Part shown: piece by piece, positions 62,409-64,000 of the stretch
How positions within the stretch are numbered: position 1 is the first letter of the stretch
Layout: every line of letters starts with the position of its first letter
Assembly: GCA_963734545.1 (NCBI GenBank)
Contig: CAVTHO010000008.1
Coordinates: forward strand, 512,001-576,000
DNA length: 64,000 nucleotides
Direction: 5' to 3'
Source: an uncultured Spirochaetota bacterium
GTDB lineage: Bacteria; Spirochaetota; Spirochaetia; SZUA-6; Fen-1364
Notes under the pieces: generated by a model
The model's database searches: none
Seen by the model: only the letters and a program-made list of their open reading frames with translations
Told to the model about the DNA's origin: nothing
Position numbers and translations under genes: made by a program

Positions 62409-64000
62409 CTAGGGGATTACGAGCCCCACGCCCCTGAGATCCGGCAGGAACGATTCGCCCTGCCCCGCCTGGGCGGCCAGGGTCCCGAACGGCAGGCCGT
62501 CAGGGGCCCGGGACAACGCCTCGATGGCCCGGGCGAGGCTCGCCGCGGCCGGCGCGGGAAGACTCACACCGTGAGCTTCGCCCCGACACGTCCAGGAAAG
62601 CCGGGCCGGAAGACCGGGCTTTTCGGGCGGCGCGACAAGGGGAAGCCCTGCGACCCAGAAAGCGTCCTGCGTCGGCCGCGGCTGCGGAGGGACCGCGCCG
62701 AGCTCTTTCTCCGCCCGCCCGATCATTGTTTCTACGTAGTCGACCGGAAGCGCGGAGCGCTGCCCCTTTGATCCGGCGGCCTTGAACCAGGAGGCGGCGG
62801 GGCGCGCGAGCTCCACGCCGTCCATCCACGCGTCGAGCGCCGCCTCGAGGGGAGCGGCGAACCGGTCGAAGAACTTTTCGCCCTCGAACGCGACATCGTT
62901 GTCGGCGAACCCGCCGGCGCGGTCCGTCGGCCGGAGGTCGGGGCGATGGCCTGCTTCCCATTCGGCGTACATCCGGGAATGCCGGCCGAGAATGAAACGG
63001 TGCCAGAAGGCTGAATCCACGAGCCCCGACGCGAAAAGCTGGCGCACGGCCTCGGCTGATTCCACTATGTCGCGCGACGTCTGGCCGGGATAGCCATAGA
63101 TGAGATAGGCGTGCACGAGCAGCCCCGCCCGTTTCATCGCGATGAGCGTTCTGACAAGGCCGGGAAAGTCGAAGCCCTTGTCCGTTGTCTCGAGGCCCTT
63201 CTCCGTGGCGATCTCGATGCCCCCCGAGACTGCAACGAGCCCCGACGCGGCAAGCAGCTCGCACCGGTCGGCGGTCCATGACGCGTCGAACCGGACGTTT
63301 CCCCAGAAGGAGAAAGGCCGGTTTCCGGCCGCGCTGCGTCCCCGGTTGATCCGCGCGAACCGGAGGAGCCTGGCGACGGGAAGCGCCTCGTCGACGAAAT
63401 GAATTCCGAAGATGCCGCTGCGGGACGACGCGGCATGGGCGGCAGCGGCAAGGCCCTCGAGATCCGCGGGCACGTACCGTGACACGTAGTCCAGCTCGGT
63501 GTCGCAGAACGTGCACCGCCGCCAGTAGCAGCCATGCGCGAGCCGGTACTTGAGCCAGGGCGTATCCGACCAGAGCCGGTGCATGGGATTCTCGGAATCC
63601 GCAACACGCAGATAGGACGCGAAATCGACGCCGCGATAGTCGGGGAACACGCCGATGAGCGCGCGCTGCTCGACTGCCTGGAATCGATCGGGCGCGGAGG
63701 CATGGTCCCCCCGGTTCTCGGGAAACCCCATCCGCCGCACGCGGCCTTCGTCATCGCGATACATCGTCCGGTAGAGCGATTCCTTCGGCGCGCCCGCCTC
63801 GACCTCGAGGATGGAGGCGAGGCTCCCGTATCCGGCGTCGAAAGAAAGGTAGTCGCAATAGTCGAAGAGACGCCCGTCCGTCAAGGAGCGCAGCTCCGTG
63901 GAGACGTAGCCGCCTCCGCACACGACACGGGTCCGACCGCCGAATGCGGCGTGCGCTTCCCGGGCCGCGACCAGCGCGCCCGCGAGGCAGCCGGGGAAAG
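62409..64000 (-). CDS. Radical SAM protein (probably B12-binding type), 5' end outside the window
   Basis: HGCYWRRCTFCD (CxxxCxxC), HFVDEA, SGGIE, HAYLIYGYP; the frame runs off the window edge. Confidence 0.88.
   Translation of the reverse strand, partial: FPGCLAGALVAAREAHAAFGGRTRVVCGGGYVSTELRSLTDGRLFDYCDYLSFDAGYGSLASILEVEAGAPKESLYRTMYRDDEGRVRRMGFPENRGDHASAPDRFQAVEQRALIGVFPDYRGVDFASYLRVADSENPMHRLWSDTPWLKYRLAHGCYWRRCTFCDTELDYVSRYVPADLEGLAAAAHAASSRSGIFGIHFVDEALPVARLLRFARINRGRSAAGNRPFSFWGNVRFDASWTADRCELLAASGLVAVSGGIEIATEKGLETTDKGFDFPGLVRTLIAMKRAGLLVHAYLIYGYPGQTSRDIVESAEAVRQLFASGLVDSAFWHRFILGRHSRMYAEWEAGHRPDLRPTDRAGGFADNDVAFEGEKFFDRFAAPLEAALDAWMDGVELARPAASWFKAAGSKGQRSALPVDYVETMIGRAEKELGAVPPQPRPTQDAFWVAGLPLVAPPEKPGLPARLSWTCRGEAHGVSLPAPAAASLARAIEALSRAPDGLPFGTLAAQAGQGESFLPDLRGVGLVIP

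Overview
High-GC bacterial chromosomal segment, probably from a free-living Spirochaetia. This is inferred from the 'FASGGGE'/'FATGTQQ'-type N-termini of the solute-binding proteins and the gene content. The window is densely coding with about 52 genes: a PDZ protein plus sensor kinase, Lhr helicase, a peptidase cluster, a sigma-54-driven sugar ABC operon carrying its own two-component system, MFS, potABCD, an MCP, two SDRs, adenosine deaminase, an aminotransferase, a LacI-GH65/beta-PGM-aldolase operon, DUF853 ATPase, Dus, a GH38-like sugar ABC operon, a TetR-HlyD-ABC-TolC efflux operon, GH26, DUF72, DUF1361 and a truncated radical SAM gene. About 13 genes carry single-base frameshifts that look like assembly indels rather than true pseudogenes. 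I saw no rRNA, tRNA, CRISPR array, transposase, integrase, phage or recognisable defence system. The most unusual signal is two dispersed families of about 24-bp repeats. They lie between genes and also inside genes without breaking the frame, where they are read in different frames and strands (five loci in lhr alone). Also notable are an internally deleted mini-LacI with an intact operator, a GH65-beta-PGM fusion coupled to a half-degenerate tandem aldolase, and a multi-hairpin leader before potABCD. All family assignments are by-eye motif recognition; no database search was run.
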